Virus record (IMG/VR): IMGVR_UViG_3300011438_000035
Coordinates: 1-26,464 of that record
Length of the DNA stretch: 26,464 nt
Direction: 5' to 3' (one strand)
Origin: a virus
Lineage: Duplodnaviria; Caudoviricetes
Part shown: piece after piece, positions 6,878 through 14,181 of the stretch
Layout of the letters: each line of letters starts with the position of its first letter
Position numbering within the stretch: the stretch's first letter is position 1
The notes under the pieces: generated by a model
What the model saw: only the letters and a program-made list of their open reading frames with translations
The model's database searches: none
What the model was told of the DNA's origin: nothing
Program-made: the position numbers and the translations under genes

Positions 6878-9373
6878 ATGGCCGATCTCGTTTCCGTCGC
6901 CTCGCCGTCAGGCATCAAATTCACCGTCTCCACGGACGCGGCCCCCGCGTTCTCCGGCTTCCTCGCCGAACTGGAGGGCGCCGGATACAAACTCTCGCAA
7001 AAGGAAAGCGGCGGCTACAATCCGCGCAACATCGCCGGCACCAATACGCCCAGCCAACACGCGTTTGGCAACGCGGTCGATATTAACTGGCAGCACAATC
7101 CGCGCGGCGCCGGAACGCCGTCCGATCTGCCACCCAATGTCGGCGACATCGCCCGCAGTCATGGCCTGAGGTGGGGCGGCGAGTGGAAGGGTGACACGCG
7201 CGACCCGATGCACTTCGAATATACTGGAAAGCCCGTGGCCATAGCATCGTCCGACGATCTGCTCACGCGGATGGGAAAACTCGCGCCCGCGACGCCTCCT
7301 CAGAGCGACGCCGCTCCGGCTCCGACACAGACGACGCCAGAGGCGCCCGCGCCGTCAGCGGATGATCTGCTGGCGCGCATGAACACGACGGCGCCACCAT
7401 CGGCGCCCGTGAAAGAAGCCCCGGCGGGTCGCGGCGGCATCGGTCGCAACATCGCGGCGGGCGAACTGGAGGGCGTCGGCGGCACTGTCAACGCCCTCGC
7501 CAATCCCTCCGGCACGCTCGGCAAGATGATCGGCACGGGGATCGTCTTCGCGCACGATGCCGCGGCGCCCGTGTTCGGTTACGAACGGTTCCCCGACAAA
7601 GTGCGGAATTTCCTGCTCGGCGCCGATATGGAGCAACAGCCGGGCACGGCGGCTGTCGAGGCGATCGGGCGCGGCGTGCAGGCGGCGACAGGCGGGCAGA
7701 CCGTTCCATCGGAGGTTCCCGCCACGACGCCCGGCGAGCAATACGTCAGGACAGGCGCGCAGGGAACCACGATGGGCGCGCTGCTCGGTCCTAACGCTCT
7801 GATGGGCGCGGGCGTCGGAGGCGCCGGAACGATCGGCGGCAAGGCGCTCGGCGACTGGGTAAAGGACCAGGGTTACGGGTGGGCCGCGCCCATGGCGGAA
7901 CTCGCGGGCGGTGTCGCGGCCGGTGGCGCCGTGATCCCGGTGGCGATGGGCGCGCGGGCCGGAACGAACCTGCTCCAGCGCGGCGTTAACCGCATCGCCG
8001 AGGGACCGGCGCCCCGCCCCCTGTCGGAAGTGGAGCGAGCGCGTGCAACGGCGGCGGGCGCCACGCCGGAAGACATCGACGCGATGAGCCCAGGACCGTC
8101 TCCGGGCATGGGCGGCCCTTCCCCTGGCATGGGTGGACCGCAGCCGAAATCAGCCGGGGCGGCGGCGACGCCAGCCTACGAGGCTATCCACACGCCGGCC
8201 GAGGAGGCCGTCTACCGCTCGACGGCCGATGGTTCAAAACTGCTGGAGCCGCAGATCATCGGCGAACGCGACCTCAACCAATACATCCCAGGCGAGACCG
8301 TCAACAACGCGGAGCGCGAGCAGACGGTAACGACGGCGCGGGAACTAAAGGAACTCGGCGCCCGCGTGCCGGAAGCCTCGCAGATCGACAAGGTGGCGGC
8401 GGAAGCCAACAACACGGCGCGTCAGGTCTATGCCCGGAACACGTCCAAGAGCGAGATCGACATACACAATCGCACGACCCAACGGGAAACCGATATAAAC
8501 GCGGATAAGAAGACCGTCTTCGCGCCTGAGAACGTCACGGGGTCATTCGATAAGCAGCCGGTCATAGAGCACATGGAAGCCGTCCTCGCCGACCCCGAAA
8601 ACCTGCATAACGGCGCTTTGCAGAAACTTTACCGAGAACAACTTGAACGGGTGAAAGCCGCCGATTTCAATAACCCCATCGAGGCGTGGAGCCTGCGCCG
8701 GGACTTTGATCGCATCACCAGCAAACGCATGCAGGCGGACGATCCAAACGCGCATAGCATCGCGCATCATCTTGATCAGGCGTCGGGCGTCATTGACAGT
8801 CAGATTGAGAAAGCCGCCCCCGGCTACCGGACGATGCTCGACAAATACAAAGAACACTCGCGCGCCGTCGAAGAGATGACCGTGCTTCAGGGCATGTTCG
8901 ACAAGCTGCGCGGCCCCGGTCAGAAATTCACCTATAACGACTTCCAACGCTTCATGAAGAACGTCGTGGACAGCCGCCGGACGCCGTCAACGGATCTGAA
9001 CGCGTTCAAGGCGATCTCCGACGAGAACATGACGCGGTTGTGGAACATCCGCGACAGTCTGCGGCGCAGCGCATCGGCCCTGGAACTGGCTCGCGCGGCC
9101 GGGTCCGATACGATGCCAAACATCATCGACGCGCTGCGAGGCACCTTCAAGACAGGCGGTGCGACCGCGCTGCATCTGGCTGCTGGCCACTTGTTCGGCC
9201 CAGGCGGCAATGTCGCCGTGCAGGTGCTCAGCAGCATCATCAAGAACTCGACTGATCGGGTTCAGATCCGCCGCGCCCAGGCTGAGATGCGCCGCCTGAT
9301 GAACCCCTCGGAACCGCTACGCCCGCCGCCGGGGCAGGAGAACCCACTAAGCGGGGCGCCACCGCCTCCCTAA
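6878..9373 (+). CDS. Large DNA ejection protein (gp16 position) with N-terminal M15-family peptidoglycan peptidase
   Basis: 'GGYNPRNIAG...SQHAFGNAVDIN...LRWGGEW...DPMHFE' (SxHxxGxAxD, DxxH zinc motif), then a Pro/Ala linker, glycine-rich hydrophobic segments and a helical C-terminus. Confidence 0.8.
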   Translation: MADLVSVASPSGIKFTVSTDAAPAFSGFLAELEGAGYKLSQKESGGYNPRNIAGTNTPSQHAFGNAVDINWQHNPRGAGTPSDLPPNVGDIARSHGLRWGGEWKGDTRDPMHFEYTGKPVAIASSDDLLTRMGKLAPATPPQSDAAPAPTQTTPEAPAPSADDLLARMNTTAPPSAPVKEAPAGRGGIGRNIAAGELEGVGGTVNALANPSGTLGKMIGTGIVFAHDAAAPVFGYERFPDKVRNFLLGADMEQQPGTAAVEAIGRGVQAATGGQTVPSEVPATTPGEQYVRTGAQGTTMGALLGPNALMGAGVGGAGTIGGKALGDWVKDQGYGWAAPMAELAGGVAAGGAVIPVAMGARAGTNLLQRGVNRIAEGPAPRPLSEVERARATAAGATPEDIDAMSPGPSPGMGGPSPGMGGPQPKSAGAAATPAYEAIHTPAEEAVYRSTADGSKLLEPQIIGERDLNQYIPGETVNNAEREQTVTTARELKELGARVPEASQIDKVAAEANNTARQVYARNTSKSEIDIHNRTTQRETDINADKKTVFAPENVTGSFDKQPVIEHMEAVLADPENLHNGALQKLYREQLERVKAADFNNPIEAWSLRRDFDRITSKRMQADDPNAHSIAHHLDQASGVIDSQIEKAAPGYRTMLDKYKEHSRAVEEMTVLQGMFDKLRGPGQKFTYNDFQRFMKNVVDSRRTPSTDLNAFKAISDENMTRLWNIRDSLRRSASALELARAAGSDTMPNIIDALRGTFKTGGATALHLAAGHLFGPGGNVAVQVLSSIIKNSTDRVQIRRAQAEMRRLMNPSEPLRPPPGQENPLSGAPPPP

Positions 9374-9633
9374 CAAGTCGGGGCGAGGCGGTACATCCTT
9401 CGCGACAATCCTTCCACTGTCGGGGTGCCTTGTGCGTCCACGTCCGGCGCGCGGCTGGTCATGTAATCCGGCGCGGGACAACTCTTGGCCGCGACCTGCG
9501 GCATGTGGACGTTCCGATCAACGAACGCGACGAGCGCCCACATCGCGAACAGGACGAACGCCCCCGCCGACAGCGCGAGGATGATGCCGGCGGCCATGAT
9601 CTGAAAGCCGCGGCTGAGGATAGTCAGGAACAA
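9370..9633 (-). CDS. Small membrane protein
   Basis: Long hydrophobic stretch 'IMAAGIILALSAGAFVLFAMWALVAFV'. Stop overlaps the stop of the gp16-like gene. TTG start is uncertain. Confidence 0.6.
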   Translation of the reverse strand: MFLTILSRGFQIMAAGIILALSAGAFVLFAMWALVAFVDRNVHMPQVAAKSCPAPDYMTSRAPDVDAQGTPTVEGLSRRMYRLAPTC

Positions 9634-9821
9634 TGCTCGCTCTCCGGCATCCGCTTTTCCGGTGGGGTCAGCGACTGAAAATCACAGGCTTCGGTCCATA
9701 TCCACGCCGTTACCTCTTCGATCCGCGCCATGCTTCGCATGTTCGCTTCTGACGGAAAGGTCATCATTCGCGAAGCGGCCAAAGAACATAGCGCTTCCGC
9801 CTTATCGCGGCTCATAGTCAT
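9624..9821 (-). CDS. Hypothetical protein
   Basis: GGAG upstream of ATG 9821. Fits the chain of leftward genes. Confidence 0.45.
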   Translation of the reverse strand: MTMSRDKAEALCSLAASRMMTFPSEANMRSMARIEEVTAWIWTEACDFQSLTPPEKRMPESEHCS

Positions 9822-9841
9822 GTTCCGCTCCGTCCGGTTGG

Positions 9842-10042
9842 TTATCGCCTGGCATTGATTACCTCCAGACACTTCGGGCAGGTCACAGCCTCATCGCGGA
9901 AGGTCCACGTCGCCCGGCGCATGTCGATCGCTCGCGGCGACTTGAAGCACAACGCCGACACGGAACCATCCACCCGGATCTTGGCGGCACGATGATACGT
10001 CCGCTGCCGGTGCGCGCGCCGGTTCGTTGGGTCAGCGGCCAT
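9842..10042 (-). CDS. Small zinc-binding hypothetical protein
   Basis: ATG 10042 overlaps the upstream gene end. Contains H...C...'VTCPKC'. Confidence 0.65.
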   Translation of the reverse strand: MAADPTNRRAHRQRTYHRAAKIRVDGSVSALCFKSPRAIDMRRATWTFRDEAVTCPKCLEVINARR

Positions 10043-10220
10043 TGTCCGTTGCCTCCCACTCATCGGCGATCTTCCGGAGCATCGCGGGCACCAAAGGCAT
10101 CCCGACCGACCGCGACAAATCACGTATTTCCGACGAGCACGTTCCCGTGGCGATGACTTCGCCGTCCAGTAGCACCTCAATGAGGAGAGGCCGCCGGCTC
10201 GTTGGGTTATCGTCGCTCAT
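10032..10220 (-). CDS. Hypothetical protein
   Basis: GGAG RBS, 62 aa, overlaps both neighbours. Confidence 0.6.
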   Translation of the reverse strand: MSDDNPTSRRPLLIEVLLDGEVIATGTCSSEIRDLSRSVGMPLVPAMLRKIADEWEATDNGR

Positions 10221-10503
10221 AGATTTTCACTCCGTCTCGCACCCATCGACGCACCAGGAACTCGCATCCGCTCATCAGCGCGATCCCGTTGGCCTTTCCG
10301 GTGTGCGTCACGCGCTTACCGCATCCGCAACGGCACATGCGCCGTCGGCGCCAATGTTCACGCGGCCACGGATCGGCATAACGGACATGATCGGTCGCGC
10401 TGCCCCACCTCCCCCAATCGGCCGTTCCACCGCGCATCGCCGCCGACAACGCGGCTGAAGACAGGGCGTTGAGGCCGCTCGTTTCAGGATTGCTCACGGG
10501 CAT
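10207..10503 (-). CDS. Small Cys-containing hypothetical protein
   Basis: 'RRMCRCGCGKRVTH..ANGIALMSGCE'. Start uncertain (10503 or 10497). Confidence 0.6.
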   Translation of the reverse strand: MPVSNPETSGLNALSSAALSAAMRGGTADWGRWGSATDHVRYADPWPREHWRRRRMCRCGCGKRVTHTGKANGIALMSGCEFLVRRWVRDGVKIYERR

Positions 10504-10684
10504 TGTCGCAGCAGGCATTGTCGCACAGCCATTCGTCTATTCCACTCTGGTTGAACATCGCTTCGCGGATGCCGAGGTGGCAGCCGCAACCCGGACATTT
10601 CGGTGTGGCCTGGTCCGGGTCGTCTCGGCAATCCCGTAGCCACTGCCTCACGGTCGGAAAGGCGCTCGTTTCAGGTGTTGGCAC
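10484..10684 (-). CDS. Small zinc-ribbon hypothetical protein
   Basis: AAGGAG RBS before GTG. 'CPGC...CDNAC'. Confidence 0.55.
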   Translation of the reverse strand: MPTPETSAFPTVRQWLRDCRDDPDQATPKCPGCGCHLGIREAMFNQSGIDEWLCDNACCDNAREQS

Positions 10685-10757
10685 CGTCCGCTCTCCTTCG
10701 GTTGCTCCCCAGCATTCCCAGTATGCGCGCCAGCTTCGCGCGGTCAGAGGGAGTCAT
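10671..10757 (-). pseudogene. Frameshifted or truncated small gene ('KLARILGMLGSN-EGER')
   Basis: ATGA-coupled start at 10757. Reads MTPSDRAKLARILGMLGSN; a 1-nt shift near 10700 continues EGER into the 10484-10684 frame. Confidence 0.5.
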
Positions 10758-10963
10758 GGCTCGGACCTCCGCTGGCGCATTTCGTCCTCCAGCCTTGAGA
10801 TGCGACGCCCAAGAGTCAGGCTGTCTTCCATCACGTAAACGACATGACCTTTGGTGTTGGTGACATCGTCCCGCACCAGGGTGATGGCGTCGAGCAACTC
10901 GGCCATCTTGGTGTTCACCTGGGTGAGCATGTTTTCAAAAAAGGCTTTTTCGTCATCGTCCAT
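10754..10963 (-). CDS. Small coiled-coil protein
   Basis: 69 aa with heptad pattern, 'MDDDEKAFF...LGRRISRLED'. Resembles 16560-16820. Confidence 0.75.
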   Translation of the reverse strand: MDDDEKAFFENMLTQVNTKMAELLDAITLVRDDVTNTKGHVVYVMEDSLTLGRRISRLEDEMRQRRSEP

Positions 10964-10981
10964 CGCTCAAATCCTGTTTGT

Positions 10982-11090
10982 GGATGAGCGGCGCTCGGGC
11001 TACACCCCACGTCAGGGTCCCCGAAACCGCTCACCCGGTTTCCGCGCGCGGTCGGATGACAGTCCGGCCCGCGCACCCGCCTCATACTCC
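10982..11090 (-). ncRNA. Candidate structured RNA (closing stem plus three hairpins)
   Basis: Closing stem 11073-11085 with 10984-10994. Arms: 11046-11072, 11023-11042 (perfect GAAACCG/CGGTTTC) and 10997-11022. Folded by hand only. Confidence 0.4.
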
Positions 11091-11202
11091 CGTCACCAGG
11101 ACAGCGGCAACAACTTCGCACGGTTGCCGACCGGCCACGACCGTATCACGCCGACGCACGTCATTTCGTGGCATTTAGCGCCAGGTCTCATATTCTGGAA
11201 AC

Positions 11203-11288
11203 TGGCGGAAATGCGCCGTTTTTCGCACAAAGCGGTGAGTTTGCGCGAGGAACACCGCTGAGAATATATGGCGGAAATCCGCCGTTTT
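11203..11288. repeat. 20-bp direct repeat pair flanking an inverted repeat; candidate attP or host-factor sites
   Basis: TGGCGGAAATGCGCCGTTTT (11203-11222) and TGGCGGAAATCCGCCGTTTT (11269-11288), 19/20 identical. AGCGGTG (11231-11237) and CACCGCT (11253-11259) lie between them. Confidence 0.7.
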
Positions 11289-11308
11289 CTCGTCATGGTT
11301 GGCGGTTG

Positions 11309-11638
11309 TCACTTGGTTTCCATTTTGATATCATTACGAGCGCGCTTTTCCCAGTCAGCGAGGTCCGTATCGTATTGTTCCTGAACCCATAGCCATGGCG
11401 TTCCGCTTCGGGTGCCGGTCCAACCTTGATCGGCCATGTTCCCTTCCAGGATTTGCGTGTCCAGTTTTCTCGCGCGCACACAGAGATCCAACCCTTCGCA
11501 CAATAACACTCGCAGATGCTCATAATCATTGAGGGTTTGCACAACTTCCTCGATCTTGATCATCACGCCATCGCGGAGAATAGCCGCGCCATCGCCGCAC
11601 AATCCTTCGGTCCAGTACGATGTTAAATCGTCGCTCAT
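11309..11638 (-). CDS. Hypothetical protein (109 aa)
   Basis: GAGGA RBS, ATGA overlap with the int stop. Begins MSDDLTSYWTEG. Confidence 0.7.
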   Translation of the reverse strand: MSDDLTSYWTEGLCGDGAAILRDGVMIKIEEVVQTLNDYEHLRVLLCEGLDLCVRARKLDTQILEGNMADQGWTGTRSGTPWLWVQEQYDTDLADWEKRARNDIKMETK

Positions 11639-12588
11639 GCTTTCCTCGTTTGCAGCCTGACAATAGCAGCCGTCGCCATCCGCTCCTGATCCGCGCCTTT
11701 CGTATAAAGGCTGACCATGGCCAACGACCGATGCCCGGTGATGGCGGCGATTTCGTGCGCGCTGCACCCGGCCTCCGCGAGGTTCGTCGCGGCTAACTTT
11801 CTCAACCCGTGGACGTTGCGCCCCGGCTCGAAGCCAATCCGCCCCAGCGCCTTCCTAAGCCCGTCCGTGACCCGGTTGGGCGACCACGGGCGGCCACGGC
11901 TGTTGACCAAGATCGTCGTCGCGCGCCTGGGCCACTGGTCCATCGCGGCCTTCAACGTCGGATGCACGGGGATGACAAGCGGTGTTCCCGTCTTCCCCTG
12001 CGTCACTCTGATCCGCTCGCCGTCGTAATGCGTCCAGGCCATACGGCACAAATCGCCGCGCCGCTGGCCGGTGAACAAGGCCAACAACACCAGACGCCGC
12101 AGGTGCTCAGGCAGGGCGGCGATCGCCTGATCCGCCTGCGCCTGGGACCACGCCGGGAGATGACCGCCGGGGATGAGATCGATCGAGCGGGCTGGATTGT
12201 GCTCGAGCCAGTCGGCTTTGATCCCCCAGCTACACAGCGCGGACACGACATTCACAAAACCGTTGGCCGCTCCGGGTTTTCCGGTGGAGAAGATGGCATC
12301 ACGCACGGCGCGGATGTGCTGGCGTTTTACATCCGTGGCCGCGCAATCGCCGAAGCCCGACAGACGCTTGAAGTAAAGCGCGCATTTCTTCTTACGCGCG
12401 TCCGACAATCGATCCCACTCGGGACTTCTCTTGTATGCTTCAATCAACATCGCGAGGCTGTCGACCGGATGTTTGACCGCGACAGGCTTCGTCCGCGCGT
12501 ATTCATACGTGCGAACCGACCCGTCCGCGAGCCGCTTTCTGACGGTCTTGGTCTTCGGCTTCGCGACGGATTTGGTCGACCACACCAT
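11635..12588 (-). CDS. int: Tyrosine recombinase / phage integrase
   Basis: Catalytic set: 'LFTGQRRGDL' (R), 'QGKTG' (K), 'HGLRK' (HxxR), 'ITGH', 'SLYT' (Y). Confidence 0.95.
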   Translation of the reverse strand: MVWSTKSVAKPKTKTVRKRLADGSVRTYEYARTKPVAVKHPVDSLAMLIEAYKRSPEWDRLSDARKKKCALYFKRLSGFGDCAATDVKRQHIRAVRDAIFSTGKPGAANGFVNVVSALCSWGIKADWLEHNPARSIDLIPGGHLPAWSQAQADQAIAALPEHLRRLVLLALFTGQRRGDLCRMAWTHYDGERIRVTQGKTGTPLVIPVHPTLKAAMDQWPRRATTILVNSRGRPWSPNRVTDGLRKALGRIGFEPGRNVHGLRKLAATNLAEAGCSAHEIAAITGHRSLAMVSLYTKGADQERMATAAIVRLQTRKA

Positions 12589-12793
12589 TTACCGCTTCCC
12601 CAATATCGGCGCCCGCGTCCTCGGCGCCCATCGCCCGGTCGAGCGCGAGCCTGTCCCACCTTGGACTCTGTTTCCCGAGTCGGTATGTCGCCGCCGGTAG
12701 CGTGCCACGGCGCACGGCGCGGCGGAATCCTTCGGTGTCGTAGCCGACGTAATCCGCCGCCTCGCGTGCCGGCAACCACCTCGACTCAATCAT
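12503..12793 (-). CDS. xis: Excisionase-like winged-helix DNA-binding protein
   Basis: 'WLPAREAADYVGY....FRRAVRRGTLP......SPRWDRLALD'. Overlaps the int start. Confidence 0.8.
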   Translation of the reverse strand: MIESRWLPAREAADYVGYDTEGFRRAVRRGTLPAATYRLGKQSPRWDRLALDRAMGAEDAGADIGEAVNGVVDQIRREAEDQDRQKAARGRVGSHV

Positions 12794-12954
12794 CGTCTGC
12801 CCCCACGATAGTCCAACCACAACCTCAACCGCTCGTTTTCCACCATGTCCCGCTGGAGCCGCAACTGCTCGGTCTGATACAGCCGCCGATCGAGGCTCGA
12901 CTGGCTGACGCACGCGGCCAGGGGCAGCAGCGCGGCGAGGCAGAGCCACCTCAT
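12790..12954 (-). CDS. Small lipoprotein (54 aa; absent from the ORF track)
   Basis: MRWLCLAALLPLAA|CVSQSSLDRRLYQTEQLRLQRDMVENERLRLWLDYRGGRR. Lipobox LAAC. ATGA-coupled on both sides. Confidence 0.7.
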   Translation of the reverse strand: MRWLCLAALLPLAACVSQSSLDRRLYQTEQLRLQRDMVENERLRLWLDYRGGRR

Positions 12955-13163
12955 AGCCGGCGCTTGCCGCGATACCGGCTCAGATGCTCCACCGCGACGG
13001 CCTCGGCCATCCGCGCCGAGAGGCGGCTATCCTCGACCAGCTCGTCCAGGCACCGCTCCTGCGCCCGCACACGCGCGGCAAGGGCACGCAGGCGGCAGGC
13101 CAGCGCCGGGTCGGTCTCGCTGATGGCGTCGGCGATCTCGATCAGTTCGGCGTGGTTGCTCAC
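12951..13163 (-). CDS. Hypothetical helical protein (70 aa)
   Basis: GTGA overlap start at 13163. MSNHAELIEIADAISETDPALACRLRALAARV. Confidence 0.65.
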   Translation of the reverse strand: MSNHAELIEIADAISETDPALACRLRALAARVRAQERCLDELVEDSRLSARMAEAVAVEHLSRYRGKRRL

Positions 13164-13309
13164 GTCGCCACCCCCAGCATCCAGATGATGACCGACGCGG
13201 TGGTCAACGCGACCAGGGCGGCATCGGGGAGCGCGGCCAGGAAGGCTTCCAGCCGCATGGTGCGGCGGCGGCGATGATGACGGTGCCACGCGAGGCTATT
13301 GATGGGCAT
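13160..13309 (-). CDS. Small membrane peptide (49 aa; absent from the ORF track)
   Basis: TGATG coupling to recT. MPINSLAWHRHHRRRTMRLEAFLAALPDAALVALTTASVIIWMLGVAT. Confidence 0.6.
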   Translation of the reverse strand: MPINSLAWHRHHRRRRTMRLEAFLAALPDAALVALTTASVIIWMLGVAT

Positions 13310-14181
13310 CATGTCGTCACCGGCTGCCGGAAGGGGTCGGATGACGGATCGGCGAACACGCCATCGTTCGGCGCGGTCGTGGCCTCGGCGGTGCGTGCGA
13401 TGGCTTCCATGATGAGGTCTTGCAGCCGGTCTTTGTGCGCGCCACGTGCCCGATCCTGCGCCGCCTGAACGGATGGGCGGGCGAGTATTTCATCCACTTC
13501 GTCGGCGCTCTCGCACGCGGCCAGTTCAGCGGCCAGTGCGGCGATCCACTCGTCCGGCGTTTGTTTTGGCTTCGGCTGCTCGGCCGCCGGTTCGGGCGCG
13601 GCGGCTGGTGCGGGGTCGGCATCCAGCGTCGTGCCCCGGAACGTGTCGCGGACGGTCTGGGCGTCGAACTCCTCCGGCGAGTAAACGCCCAACATGACTT
13701 CCGGCGCGTGGCGGCGTGCCCAAACGCGAGTTCCGGCGTAGCAAAGCTGCTGCTCGGGTTGCTTGACCCACATGCCGTTCGTGGTTTTCGCTTCCTTCAG
13801 CCAGAGGGTTATTTCCCTCGGCTTTGTTTCGCCCTTGATGGTGCCCCGCACCGTGACCTTCAAATCGGGACCCGCGCCGGAGTATTCGTATTCCAACCGG
13901 GCAGCCATGATCCCGCTACCGTTGAGGGCGGCGGCGACAAGTTTGCCCTCAAAATTTAGCTTGCCGTTGATGACCGAAGTGCAGGCGGCGACGGCGAACG
14001 GTGACATTCCCCACCGCATCGCCTGCTCCACGATGAGCAGACAGTCGCCGGGATTTTTCCGCAGATGCTCTGGAATGCCGATCTTCCCAAGCGACATCAT
14101 CTCGGCGAGCCGGATGGCGCTCTCCATGTTCGTCGGCATCAGCACGTTGGCGCTTCCGCCGGCAGGGACGATCGCGTTCAT
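13309..14181 (-). CDS. recT: RecT-family single-strand annealing protein
   Basis: 'IPEHLRKNPGDCLLIVEQAMRWGMSPFAVA...INGKLNFEGKLV' and 'WVKQPEQQLCY...WARRHAPEVMLGVYSPEE'. Confidence 0.82.
   Translation of the reverse strand: MNAIVPAGGSANVLMPTNMESAIRLAEMMSLGKIGIPEHLRKNPGDCLLIVEQAMRWGMSPFAVAACTSVINGKLNFEGKLVAAALNGSGIMAARLEYEYSGAGPDLKVTVRGTIKGETKPREITLWLKEAKTTNGMWVKQPEQQLCYAGTRVWARRHAPEVMLGVYSPEEFDAQTVRDTFRGTTLDADPAPAAAPEPAAEQPKPKQTPDEWIAALAAELAACESADEVDEILARPSVQAAQDRARGAHKDRLQDLIMEAIARTAEATTAPNDGVFADPSSDPFRQPVTT

Noticed and set aside
10982-11090. tRNA gene
   Set aside because: Cloverleaf-like, but has no TTC-containing T-loop, D-loop consensus or 7-nt anticodon arm geometry.
11203-11288. Mini CRISPR array
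   Set aside because: Only two 20-bp repeats with a self-complementary 46-bp interval, and no cas genes.
11093-11296. 67-aa ORF with a repeated KRRISA peptide
   Set aside because: The peptide repeat simply reflects the 20-bp DNA repeats, and there is no RBS. More likely non-coding, though not excluded.
11809-13188. 459-aa plus-strand ORF
   Set aside because: Antisense shadow of int, xis and neighbours. Arg/Pro-rich with no motifs, as expected in high-GC DNA.
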